A stretch of 64,000 nucleotides of DNA, taken from NCBI RefSeq assembly GCF_001194135.2, contig NC_068986.1:111709301-111773300 (forward strand), given 5' to 3'. The notes under the pieces were generated by a model. It saw nothing but the letters and a program-made list of their open reading frames with translations, ran no database searches and had not been told where the DNA came from. This stretch comes from Octopus bimaculoides. Taxonomy: Eukaryota. Shown here in pieces: positions 51,060 through 61,985 of the stretch; within the stretch, counting starts at the first letter, position 1; every line of letters starts with the position of its first letter. A program made the translations under genes and the position numbers.

Positions 51060-51333
51060 TCAAGACACAAGTCCAAGCAAGGTTGCTTATGGAAGACCTG
51101 TGGTTGCCCATGCATACTGGCCTCCCTTCTCCTTGCCACTGATGTTATCCAAGGGAAAGGGGCCGATACAGCTCGACACCAGTGACGCTGCAACGCATTT
51201 CTACAGCTGAGTGAACTGGAGCAACGTAAAATAAAGTGCCTTGCTCAATAGCACAACGCACAGCCTGTATCAGGAATCGAACTCACTACCTTGTGATTGG
51301 CAGTCTGACTCTCTTACCTCTGAGCCATGCACC
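51060..51333 (-). mobile_element. tRNA-derived SINE with intact A and B boxes
   Basis: Minus strand: ggtgcaTGGCTCAGAGGtaag (A box, 51317-51327) ... gaGTTCGATTCCtg (B box, 51273-51283), then ttgtgctattgagcaaggcactttattt. Confidence 0.88.
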
Positions 51334-51347
51334 TTCATGATTGTTGT

Positions 51348-51520
51348 GGAGGCACTGGGTTTAGTGGGTAGGGTGTTGGACTCGTGTTCGTAGGGATGTG
51401 GTTTCGATTCCTGGACCGGACAATGTGTTGTGTTCTTGAGCATAACAAATAATTTCACGTTACTCCAGCCCACTCAGGTGACAAAAAAGAGTAATCCTGC
51501 TACGAACCAGCGTCCCGTGA
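51348..51520 (+). mobile_element. tRNA-derived SINE of the same family, head-to-head with 51060-51333
   Basis: ggaggcacTGGGTTTAGTGGgtag...GGTTTCGATTCCtggaccgg...ttgtgttcttgagcataac. Confidence 0.82.
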
Positions 51521-51680
51521 AGGTGGGGGAATTTATAGGCCATGAAAGCGGGAGATCGCGGCTGATGAGTTGGCATTACTCGAGAAAGTAACTGGAACTC
51601 TACGGTAGAATGCGCTTTAAGGGTGATTTGGCAACAATTTGTAGAAAGAATAGCAAGGTTACAAAGATCCCTTGTTGACA

Positions 51681-51835
51681 GAAGAAGAAGAAGAAGGAGA
51701 AGGAGAAGGAGAAGAAGGAGAAGAAGGAGAAGGAGAAGAAGGAGAAGGAGAAGGAGAAGGAGAAGGAGAAGAAGGAGAAGGAGAAGAAGGAGAAGGAATA
51801 GAAGGAAAAGGAATAGAAGGAATAGAAGAAGAAAA
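51681..51835. repeat. (GAA)n/(GGAGAA)n polypurine tract
   Basis: Direct; source of the poly-R and poly-GE ORF artefacts. Confidence 0.95.
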
Positions 51836-51852
51836 GAGAAGTATATCTGTAA

Positions 51853-51967
51853 GCAGGAGTGGCTGTGTTGTAAGAAGCTTGCTTACCAAACGCATAGTTC
51901 CGAGTCCAGCCCCACTGCGTGGCACCTTGGGCAAGTGTCTTCTACTATAGCCACAGGCCGACGAAAG
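51853..51967 (+). mobile_element. tRNA-derived SINE 5' part, cut by a gap
   Basis: gcaggagTGGCTGTGTTGtaag...gttccgagtccagccccactgcgtggcaccttgggcaagtgtcttctactatagcc. Confidence 0.85.
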
Positions 51968-52479
51968 NNNNNNNNNNNNNNNNNNNNNNNNNNNNNNNNN
52001 NNNNNNNNNNNNNNNNNNNNNNNNNNNNNNNNNNNNNNNNNNNNNNNNNNNNNNNNNNNNNNNNNNNNNNNNNNNNNNNNNNNNNNNNNNNNNNNNNNNN
52101 NNNNNNNNNNNNNNNNNNNNNNNNNNNNNNNNNNNNNNNNNNNNNNNNNNNNNNNNNNNNNNNNNNNNNNNNNNNNNNNNNNNNNNNNNNNNNNNNNNNN
52201 NNNNNNNNNNNNNNNNNNNNNNNNNNNNNNNNNNNNNNNNNNNNNNNNNNNNNNNNNNNNNNNNNNNNNNNNNNNNNNNNNNNNNNNNNNNNNNNNNNNN
52301 NNNNNNNNNNNNNNNNNNNNNNNNNNNNNNNNNNNNNNNNNNNNNNNNNNNNNNNNNNNNNNNNNNNNNNNNNNNNNNNNNNNNNNNNNNNNNNNNNNNN
52401 NNNNNNNNNNNNNNNNNNNNNNNNNNNNNNNNNNNNNNNNNNNNNNNNNNNNNNNNNNTATATATATAAAATATATAGT

Positions 52480-53826
52480 TTTAGGGAAAATAACCAATTT
52501 TCAAGAACTCATCGATGAAAATCCACTATCACATACAGAAAAATTAATAATTAAAAGCACAATAAATGAGTATAAATGAGTGCAAAACATATCGGTTATG
52601 CGACATAATAAATCGACATGTGTAGAATGTTACGTTTATAAAACCGCGATTTGACAGTCATCTCTGATTTCTGCAGCAGGTTGAGCATTTTCCAGTCGTA
52701 GAAAGCAAACTTAACTAGTAATACAGCTAACTAATTCTAAGTGAATTACCTATTTCATAAGCCAAACATTAATTAAAACGCTCCATACGTATTAAATATT
52801 CGTTATCCTTACATGCTTTAATGTTAAATTTATATCAGTAACTTAATAGATAATACTAAAATATCCTTATTAAATCAGAAACTAATAAAAGAATACCTAT
52901 AATTAACAATTACTATTAAAAAGCTTGTTACGGTTAAAGCTAAATATTAAACTGTTTAGAAGTAGCTATTCATACAGAGGCGAATGGCTCAAAGAAATCT
53001 AGGAATAATGTAATTTAGGGACTTACGAAAGCGAAAACAGGTGTAAGTAAATAAGTGTTATTTAGAGTGAATTAGGAAGTAGCTACAGGTTTGGTTCGTA
53101 TAGGACAAGTAATTTGATTTAGAGAAGAACTTACGAAAAACTAAGAACAATTTAGATTACGGACGTACATAAAATACGAACCGGTGAATTCAAACTTTCA
53201 TATAAGTAGATAAAAAAACTTTAAAATTACTATACACGTAAGATAGACATGGGTTTAAAGAGAGAGGGTGGGGTATAGGGGAATTATAAAAAGGTATTAT
53301 TTTGCTTGCTTGGAGATAAGTATATGTACACTGTAATTATATTATGTATATATAGGTGGGGAAAGGACCAAATATGAAAATCAATGGAAAATAAAGAGAC
53401 AAGGGGAGGTAATTAATAATTATAAATAAGCAAAGCAAATACGTAAATCGGGCTAGATGGAAAATGTGCTTATTATATATGCTTAGAGAGGTGTGCAAGG
53501 TGTAAAGTAAAAAATATATATTAAATAATAAGGTAGATGGATTTATAACTAAAATATTAAAACATTCTACCAAAAATAGGAAGAAAAAATAAAATATTTA
53601 ATTAATAAAATGCTGGAAGAATAGAGGGAACAATGTTTAATTTAATGTTAGGTAGGTATAATAAAATCTATAATTATAGTTTATATATATATATATATAT
53701 ATATAAATATATANNNNNNNNNNNNNNNNNNNNNNNNNNNNNNNNNNNNNNNNNNNNNNNNNNNNNNNNNNNNNNNNNNNNNNNNNNNNNNNNNNNNNNN
53801 NNNNNNNNNNNNNNNNNNNNNNNNNN

Positions 53827-53859
<33 letters not shown>

Positions 53860-55140
53860 TGATGATACGACCAAATATAGTTTGAATTGTAAAGCCTATT
53901 AATCAGAAAATAATGTAAAGGTTAGCTATAAAAATATAGTTATGAATAGACAAGTGTATATTTTAATTAATAATAGTTGCAAGATATACTGTAAACATAG
54001 TACCACATGAATATGGAGTATATAATAATATATAGTTATTAAATTAATAAGCCAAGCAATATGAATCAGAGAAGGTAAAATACAAATATTTATATAAATA
54101 AATGTATATACATGGTAAGTGATAAATATAATGGAGGAATCATAAAGGGTTAAAGAGAGTAAAGTGAGAAAAAAAGGGGTTAATAAGCTATCAAACAATT
54201 TAAAATTTAAACATGCATGTATGTATAAAGAATAAGAAAAATAATAGCTTAAATTACTAATAAATACTATATGCTAGTATTAAAATTAAAATCAAAATAT
54301 GAGCATTTATACTGGAGAGATATTGCTTTTATCTCCAAACAGATTAAAATATAAATGCAGAGATGAGTCAATGTAGATGTATATGAAATATCTAAAATCT
54401 TTAAATTAAATTTTGTCCAATAGTTAATTATCGTTATTAGTCTAGCTCAATAAGAAATTTGTGGTTAAATGTAATAATTTATAATTCTTTATTCGTGTAT
54501 TTATTATTCTCTCTTTATCTATTTTCACTCTTTACTCTATTTTATTATTTTTTTTTACTTTATTCATGTTTTTATTTATAATTTTTATGTACCCTAACAT
54601 TAAGTTAATATTCTTATTGGTCTTTTAACCATTTCGATATTTATAATAAGTAGTAGATTGCCTGAATGTCTCCCACCTTAATTAAATATTATTAATTATA
54701 CACACTGGAATTAAACTCTACATACTAATTTTATATTGATTTTATAAGGATACACATAATATCACAATAATTCATTTTAACCACTTATATCTACATGGGC
54801 TTTCCTATACTTAATATTCCAGATGAATATCTTGCAATATTCATACTTTACAATTCCAGTATGCACAACCTTACTCCCCTTCTCAGGACTCTACTATTTT
54901 TTATACTATGTTCTTTATGTATAAATTATCTCAGTTAACGGGTTGCAACCGTTTACTCAACAGTCAGGAATTGTAAACCTATTTTGTTTATTTTTACCTA
55001 CCTCTGAAGAGATTTGACTGTCAAATAATTTTAAAGTTAATTAATTAATTTTCTGAAGTTCTGGAATTGAAACAGCTGTAAGGGATGTGTGTTACTTTCG
55101 TAATTAATAAATAATAATTTATCAATTACCTCTTATTTTC
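52480..55140 (+). mobile_element. Possible large decayed/non-autonomous Penelope-like element
   Basis: A weak N-terminal PLE-like patch KPRFDSHL*FLQ near 52640, a very AT-rich non-coding middle, and a hammerhead-like motif at the right end (55001-55083), followed by (TA)n/(TG)n. No RT motifs found. Confidence 0.35.
55001..55083 (+). ncRNA. Hammerhead-like motif with enlarged stem II
   Basis: CCU CUGAAGA (55004-55010) GAUUU...~48-nt insert...GAAUU GAAAC AGCU GUA (55069-55080) AGG. Stem III ACAGCUGU is self-complementary; stem I has only 3 bp. Confidence 0.5.
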
Positions 55141-55150
55141 TCATCTTATA

Positions 55151-55184
<34 letters not shown>

Positions 55185-55814
55185 GTACGTGTGTGTGTGT
55201 GTGTGTGTATGTATGTGTGTGTGTGTGTGTGTGTGTATACGTGTGCTTATTTGGGTGCTGTGTCTGATCATTCCAACATCGCTTAGATATCGTTGCCGGT
55301 CTTTTACGACTACGTAATCCTGCAGGTTGGTAAATAGAGCATTAGAATAAAAGCCAGTCATTATAAAAAAAAGCAGTGCAAAGTACTGGAGTCGTCGTTC
55401 TTGAACAACCGATTCAAAATGGTCCTCCAACATGTACGCAATCCAATGACGATAACAAGTAAATGAGAGGAGAAAATGCTGATAGGTGCAAATCTCACTT
55501 CTATAGCTTCCGATCAAGACTTATTGGATCGTGTTGCTTCTCCCATCAATCATTGAACTAAACCTTATACATGACCTTAAATACATTTTTATTATTATTG
55601 ATGATGATGTTGTTGGTTCTTAGCACTAATTACTGGTTACCTAATGATAACAACAGCAACATGCTTTATTGAATATTATTTATTTGGAAATTTTACAAAG
55701 AAAATCTATTTCAAACATTCTCACAAATAGCACTTTCTTAGATAATTTTAAAAGGAAGTGATTCGTGTGAAATATTTCGTGTGAAACATATTTTTCGCCA
55801 TTAATAAATTGCTT

Positions 55815-56010
55815 AAGGCGGTGAGCTGGCAGAAACTTTAGCACGCCGGACGAAATGCTTCGCGGTATTTCGTCTCACTTTACGTTCTGAGTTCAAATCC
55901 CGCCGATGTCAACTTTGCCTTTCATCCTCTCGTGATTGATAGATTAAGTACCAGTTGCGTACTGGAGTCGGTCTAATCGATTGGCCCCCTCTCCAACAAT
56001 TCCGGCCTTG
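55815..56010 (+). mobile_element. tRNA-derived SINE, near full length (reference copy for this window)
   Basis: aaggcggtgagcTGGCAGAAACTTtagcacgccgg...GAGTTCAAATCCcgccga...ttaagtaccagttgcgtactggagtcg. Confidence 0.92.
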
Positions 56011-56769
56011 CATGACATTTCTTAACGTTGTTCTTGAAATGTCTGCTTTTATAACACTCATGTTTTGGCATGGTTTTGGATCACTTTAGTTTTATTTGTG
56101 GTCACTCCCTACCACAGACATATTGGTGGCTGTCGTTGTTAGGGATGAGGAAAATGATGATCTTGATGACGACGGTGATGATGAGGATGAGATGGAGGGA
56201 TGGAGGGGCATAATCAGTATAATGATGATCATTATGATGAGGGGGAGGAGTTGGTGGCACATTGGAGAATATCGACGACAGCTACGACGACGAGGATAAA
56301 GATGCTGCTGCTGCTGATGTGATGATGATGTTATTGTTGTTAATGCTGTTATTTCTGCAGGCGTCAGGCTGTCCTAAAATCTAAAGCCTGCTAGCACTCA
56401 ATCATCCTTTCACTCAATAAGACGGTTGATATGTTTGTTTTTTAATGGGATTTATTTTCTCAATACGTCCTTAAGAATGGTATAGTGTGTTCCCATTCAT
56501 TTCTGTATATTCCAAGCATAAAAGACAGCAGTTTCTTGCTATTATTACAGTAATCCCTCGCCATATCGCGGTACAGCTATCATTTTTTCAGTACGTCGCG
56601 GATTTTTTTCGCTGTTATATGTAAATTATATCACGGACTCCTCAGTATATTCGGGTTTCTGATGCCGATAGATAATTATATCTTTTGAGATTTTAATCAT
56701 TTCTGTGGCATATTTTGAAACCCGCGATAACCGAGGGATTACTGCAATACCTTGTGCATTATGGAAAAC

Positions 56770-56950
56770 CGGCAGAATCGGTCGCACGCCGGGCGAAGTG
56801 CTTAACAACATTTCTTCTTTCTTCACATTCTTCGTTCAAATTCTGCAGTTGTCGACTTTGCATTCATCCTCTCGGGATCGATAAAACAAGTACTCTTCAT
56901 ACGCCCTCCGCGAAGTTGTTGGCTTTGTGCCAAAATTTGAAATCATTATT
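56770..56950 (+). mobile_element. SINE
   Basis: ggcagaatcg...gcacgccgggcgaagtgcttaac...gttcaaattctgcagttgtcgactttgcattcatcctctcgggatcgataaaacaagtac. Confidence 0.88.
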
Positions 56951-57180
56951 CCTGCCATTGTGCTTGTGCTCATTGTAATTGCTCCTGTCGTTAATTACCA
57001 GTCAATTTCTGGTCAAGACAAACCTCAAATGAAAACGTTACATAAGATACTGAAATAACATTTCCTGATATATCGGAATTTGGCGATATATTGGTCCTCA
57101 ATATGTAATGCATTATTGAATTTCATATACGCCGTCCTTGAAAATTTCATCATGTTAAACCAGTAATGTCTACACATATT

Positions 57181-57230
57181 TTCTCCCTCCGTTCTTCCTT
57201 CTCTCCCTCCGTTCTTCCTTCTCTCCCTCT
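57181..57230. repeat. 20-bp pyrimidine tandem repeat (~2.5 copies)
   Basis: (c/t)tctccctccgttcttcctt repeated. Confidence 0.9.
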
Positions 57231-57240
57231 CATACTTTTC

Positions 57241-57370
57241 TGTCGAGGATCACAAGTTTGAAACTTGGAAAGTTTTGCCATTTTTCCCGCGCATTAAACT
57301 AGAACACCTGCTTCTTTCTTCTTCTCCAGTCTTCTTTTGTTTTCTGTAAATTTGAACTATATATATGTGT
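57241..57370 (+). mobile_element. Diverged copy of the 43070-43257 element
   Basis: tgtcgaggatcacaagtttgaaact...tttcccgcgcattaaactagaacacct...cttttgttttctgtaaattt then (TA)n; same layout as the other two copies. Confidence 0.5.
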
Positions 57371-57614
57371 GTGTGTGTGTAGATAGATAGATATCGATAT
57401 ATATATATANNNNNNNNNNNNNNNNNNNNNNNNNNNNNNNNNNNNNNNNNNNNNNNNNNNNNNNNNNNNNNNNNNNNNNNNNNNNNNNNNNNNNNNNNNN
57501 NNNNNNNNNNNNNNNNNNNNNNNNNNNNNNNNNNNNNNNNNNNNNNNNNNNNNNNNNNNNNNNNNNNNNNNNNNNNNNNNNNNNNNNNNNNNNNNNNNNN
57601 NNNTATGTGTGTGT

Positions 57615-57658
<44 letters not shown>

Positions 57659-57819
57659 TTAGATAGATAGAAATGGATGTATATTCACCAGGGTTTGTTT
57701 CAGAAGTCTTTTTTTTTTTGTTTTTTGCAATAAAGAAAAACTGATTTCTAATATAGAAACAAGGCTGTTAAATTGTAAATAATTTCAAAGGGAAAGAATC
57801 GTTTGCAAGTCGGTTGAAA

Positions 57820-57955
57820 TGATGAGCAGTATTTCGTCTGTCTTCACGTTTCGGAGTCGATATAATAAGAACCAGTCGAACACTGGAGTCGATGTAAACG
57901 ACTCAAACTACATTCGCAATTGCTGGCCTTGTGCAAAAAACTTGAAAGCAACAAT
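57820..57955 (+). mobile_element. Internally deleted SINE
   Basis: gtatttcgtctgtcttcacgtt joined to ggagtcgatataataagaaccag...ctggagtcgatgtaaacgact...ctggccttgtgc. Confidence 0.75.
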
Positions 57956-58105
57956 GAGAACGTTGAATAGTTGTATTTGTTATGTGAATGCAATGACCTA
58001 TGCAATCATGTAGATACCTTTAGTTATTTAGGAACTCTTAGTTACTGTTAGTTACTTAATTACTTTTAGTGTAGTCTTTCTTCCTTCCACAACTACTTTG
58101 TCGAG

Positions 58106-58145
58106 GAAAACTCAAGGACCAGCCTCTGGTTGAGCCAGGAATCAG
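58106..58145 (+). CDS. Candidate upstream exon (..KLKDQPLVEPGI), possibly 5' UTR
   Basis: Donor CAG|gtaaaa. Joined to 58410 it keeps the frame of ATG 58417 open. The acceptor is weak (GAG after a pyrimidine tract). Confidence 0.22.
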
Positions 58146-58416
58146 GTAAAAAACACGTTTACAATCTATCGAAGCTAAAAGTGCGAAGTAGTGAATCTAT
58201 ATTTTAAACGTAACTGCCCTGTCTCCTCCTATGTGTTTGTTCATAATCATAAAAACAGCTGTGAATCTAGAAAGCGTTTTGTAGCCAAGCTTTCTCTAGT
58301 TACATATAAAACATATCTTCGTAAACATTTAGCCTCTTTACACAGTCATATTATTTGTAAATCCATTCATAATTTGCAGTTTTACATTCAAATCATTTTC
58401 GATTAGTAGATTCAAG

Positions 58417-58465
58417 ATGGACAACGTGGAAAAGACTGCAATATTTGATTGCAATGTCAGATCCG
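58417..58465 (+). CDS. Candidate coding exon A (MDNVEKTAIFDCNVRS + G)
   Basis: caagATGG start context, open frame, consensus donor CCG|gtgagt (phase 1); possible acceptor at 58409. Confidence 0.4.
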
Positions 58466-58666
58466 GTGAGTGAGTATTAAATTTTCATGTTTCAATTTTC
58501 TTGAAACGATAACAAAATTCCCTTCAAATTGCACACTATTATCTAAAAAAAAGAAATGGAAAATGCATTAGACAATGTGTTTCCTGATATAGAAAATTAC
58601 CGGATGACGACGTTTAGAAATTCTCTGAAAATAGAGCTGCACGATCAAATGTGAGCCGAGTCTACA

Positions 58667-58737
58667 CAAAAACAACAATAACAAAAACAACAATAACAAA
58701 AATAACAATAACAAAAACAACAATAACAAAAATAACA
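58667..58737. repeat. ~15-bp (AAAAACAACAATAAC) minisatellite, ~5 copies
   Basis: Direct; caa and taa variants alternate. Confidence 0.88.
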
Positions 58738-59053
58738 GTTTCCTTAATTATTTTTGGATTTCCGATTGATTCAGTCATATCAGAAGAATATTCAATATTA
58801 TAATGAATTTCAGATGTATGAAAGCCTATCTCATAATATAGAAGTTATTTTGAAATGCCTGAAAGAGTACGTTCGTGTATGCGTGTATAGCATGTTCGTG
58901 TGTATAATATCTATGCGTGTGTTTATCGTGGTCTTGTTTGTCATGAGTCGTTTCATAGAACAGATTTTGATTTTTGATGTAGTTTAACCCTAGAGCTGCC
59001 GTGGATGATAGTCATTTCAGTCATGTTGAATCCTTTTCTATTCCTTTCTTCAG

Positions 59054-59122
59054 AGATCATCCAGGATCCTATCGTTGAAAGATGGGCTTTTTGTAAAGAA
59101 CGGAGGAGGGAATTGATTAAAG
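59054..59122 (+). CDS. Candidate coding exon B (E-IIQDPIVERWAFCKERRRELIK), 69 nt, phase 1-1
   Basis: Very strong acceptor tccttttctattcctttcttcag, open frame in phase with exon A. The donor AAG|gtagct is weak; read-through gives ...ELIKGS* (TGA 59128-59130). Confidence 0.42.
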
Positions 59123-59273
59123 GTAGCTGATATTTCTATCACATTGACTGTCCCTGTAGAAGATCCAATCTTGGAGATGGCATGCTTGTGTTGGTTTTTG
59201 CGTGAATATTTATGTGTGTTTATATGTGACTTTATTTTTGTAAGAATACATTCTTTTGCTTGTATCTTCGCAG

Positions 59274-59296
59274 AAGTATCTAATAAAGAGCCATAA
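59274..59296 (+). CDS. Candidate alternative terminal exon (E-VSNKEP*)
   Basis: Strong acceptor ttcttttgcttgtatcttcgcag, phase 1. It overlaps an AATAAA at 59282-59287. Confidence 0.22.
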
Positions 59297-60617
59297 CAGC
59301 TATGTGAGAGAAACAGCATATGACGTTATTTGTATTCCTTTGAAAGATTTCAATCTATGGAAGTTAGCCAAAAGCTCAGATTGTGTAGATGCGTGCATAG
59401 ACGAACGGTTACTGACGATAGCATTAGTAGTGATGCCGTTGTTGTTTCCGTTAATGTTGTTCTATATGATGAGTGTAATTATATTTTCTATTGTTGTTGT
59501 TGTGATGTTAGTGACGATCTTAGGGGAGGAGTAAAGCAGTCAGAAAATGATAAACAAAGAAGAAAAGGCAGTTGAATCTGAAGTAGAGCCTAGATAACTA
59601 TTTACCAGATTTCATCATGTGAGAGGCAAACATAAAATACCAGAATACAGAAATAGGTAGAAAGAGCGGAAATAGCAAAGGATATTTTGCATTCCAGACA
59701 GAAAACTCTCTCAACTTCACTCAGGAAGCAATTAGGCGACACGAAGAAGAAGAGCAAAATAGAATAGAAATATATCTAAAAAAAAAGAAAAAGACGCAAC
59801 GAAAAGAAATAAGAAGAAACCGAAACAAATGGTGTGAATAGAATAGACGAAATAGAATTTGGGCCAAAACAACGGAATATATTTATAGCTGCTATAGAAA
59901 CGGTATGGGAATGCAGGTGAAAACGAAGATTCGGCTCAAAGTCAAAGAGGTTAGGCAGTGGAGTAAAGAATTCTTTAGATTTAAAAATGGATCATCAACA
60001 AAAAAGACACGAAGGAAAGAAAGAAACGACGAAAGAAGAAAATAGAAAACTATCGCAGAACTTCAACAATATTGACCTAATCACCTCAATGAGAAACTCT
60101 GTGCTAAATCTCTGCCTAATAAATAACAAAAAGAAAAAGTATATTTATAAAGAAACAGTCATGAACATTACTCACACACAAACACACATCTATATATGTA
60201 TGTACATATGTGTATGTATATATAAATATATATGTAGCTATATATATATACATATACACACGTACATCTCTTTCTCTCTCTCTCTCCTTCTCTCTCTCTC
60301 TCTCTTTCTCTCCCTCTCTCTCTCTCTCTCTCTCTCNNNNNNNNNNNNNNNNNNNNNNNNNNNNNNNNNNNNNNNNNNNNNNNNNNNNNNNNNNNNNNNN
60401 NNNNNNNNNNNNNNNNNNNNNNNNNNNNNNNNNNNTATATATATATATATATATATATGTATATACATACATATTTCTGTATATATAACATCATAAATGT
60501 GTGTTGTGAGTGTGCTGGGTTCGCGATTATAAAGAGTTGACTTCGATGAATAAACTGGACAGTGTGTTGTATCATTTCTTCTGAAATTTGTAACAGTAAA
60601 GTTTTCTCTCCTCACAG

Positions 60618-60708
60618 TAAAGATGCAGGCAGCAGGACTTTCTGTGGTGGCCTTATCGAAGCCAAAATATATGAGCTTCAACATTGACGCAAACACATTT
60701 CCTCTACA
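60618..60708 (+). CDS. Candidate coding exon D (V-KMQAAGLSVVALSKPKYMSFNIDANTFPL), 91 nt, phase 1-2
   Basis: Acceptor gttttctctcctcacag, donor ACA|gtatgt, open in the phase that continues exon B. Confidence 0.4.
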
Positions 60709-61079
60709 GTATGTATTATTAAAACAATTGTATAGGTCGTAAATATTTCGGTAGAAGACCATTTTTATAACGCCACTCTTTCAAATTCTCAGTGAAACCT
60801 CATTTGTTATACTCTGTTGTTATACTCTGTCTCAACATATTCTGAAACTCTACATCCTTCCACGGATTTGATTTGCTTTTTTCTGTTTATAGAAAATATA
60901 ACCTCCTCCAATTTCACAGGGGAATTCTTTTATATTCCCTTGTGTTACGGATATACTGTAACTGTTCTGCACAACACTACACAGCCGACGAGACAGGCAC
61001 CTTTCCTTAAGCAACGCCTGGTACGTCTGTGATGAGCAGTAACCATGATTACGGCTGGCAATAGTTTAAACGCTATCAG

Positions 61080-61236
61080 GAATAACTGGAAAAACAATGA
61101 ACATAATAGTGATGCATATACAGTGCACGTTATAGCTGTTGATGAACTCCTTAATGGCAAACCATATGATTGCTGGTTCAAGTTAAAGCATCATGTGGTC
61201 CCTTATAAGTTCAAGAGCGCAAACAAAATAGAATAA
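61080..61236 (+). CDS. Candidate terminal exon F (NNWKNNEHNSDAYTVHVIAVDELLNGKPYDCWFKLKHHVVPYKFKSANKIE*)
   Basis: Phase-2 start fits exon D, with 51 open codons. IAVDELLNGKPYDCWFKL loosely recalls the C-terminal strand of C2 domains. The acceptor (aaacgctatcag) is weak. Confidence 0.25.
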
Positions 61237-61269
61237 TCAATACTTTGTCACTCAACACGTGAGAAGGAG

Positions 61270-61500
61270 ATCTACGAATATTTTACTGTTCAACTTCCAG
61301 ATATTTTCAGCAGGATCAAGGTCACGCAATGTCGAGACATTTGAGTAGAATTAACGTGCTGGTGCCATCTTTTAAAGTAGTTAATTGTACCTTTAATATA
61401 TTGGAATCGAGGAGGAGAGAAGCAAGGTTAAATTCTGTTGTTTTAGACCAGAGTAGGTTATGGGATAGAAAAATGCCGTCAGACATTTTATCCGATCATA
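61270..61500 (-). mobile_element. Possible decayed Tc1 catalytic-domain fragment
   Basis: Minus strand RDLDPAENIW (cf. SPDLNPIENxW), preceded by KDGTS (cf. QDGAP). Confidence 0.35.
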
Positions 61501-61617
61501 AAGGATTCATTTAAATTTCTTCTCTCCAGATAGAATTAGCACTATCAAACACAAACTAACAAGAAAACATCAACACCAAGAAGAAGGAGAAGGGTAGGAG
61601 GAGGAGGAGGAGTACGT

Positions 61618-61677
61618 GAAGAAGAAGAAGAAGAAGAAGAAGAAGAAGAAGAAGAAGAAGAAGAAGAAGAAGAAGAA
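61618..61677. repeat. (GAA)n microsatellite
   Basis: Direct. Confidence 0.97.
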
Positions 61678-61852
61678 ATGACCTCTGTTGGGATTGAAGG
61701 CAGAATTATTTCAAACAAATGTTTACACTTTCCGAGTCACTCTTCTCTGGAATATTGCTTTCAAAGCAACTTGTTATTCTTTTCTGTTCAGGTGAACCAT
61801 CACAAATATTCCAAAGATTTGACTGAATGGAATAACTAGTTTCCTTCTTTAG

Positions 61853-61985
61853 AAAAACGGTATACGTGGACATCGTCACTGGACATGGAGTAAAAAGTCT
61901 GCAAATACCCCTCCCACCGAACAAAACCAAAGTATCATTCATTTCGAAAGGAAGAGCAGAGTTTTTAATTATTGAGAAACAATAA
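61853..61985 (+). CDS. Candidate terminal exon E (Q-KTVYVDIVTGHGVKSLQIPLPPNKTKVSFISKGRAEFLIIEKQ*)
   Basis: Acceptor tagtttccttctttag, phase-2 start fits exon D, 43 open codons, stop TAA 61983-61985, AATAAA at 61990-61995. Confidence 0.3.

Noticed and set aside
51260-51420. tRNA genes
   Set aside because: A and B boxes are present, but there is no complete cloverleaf and the sequence continues into SINE bodies.
51623-52579. Poly-Arg / poly-Gly-Glu ORFs
   Set aside because: Translation of a GAA/GGAGAA purine microsatellite plus a gap.
52480-55000. Possible mitochondrial insertion (very AT-rich, several in-frame TGA near 52577-52690)
   Set aside because: No recognisable mitochondrial protein, rRNA or tRNA motif in the frames examined; stops remain under the invertebrate mitochondrial code.
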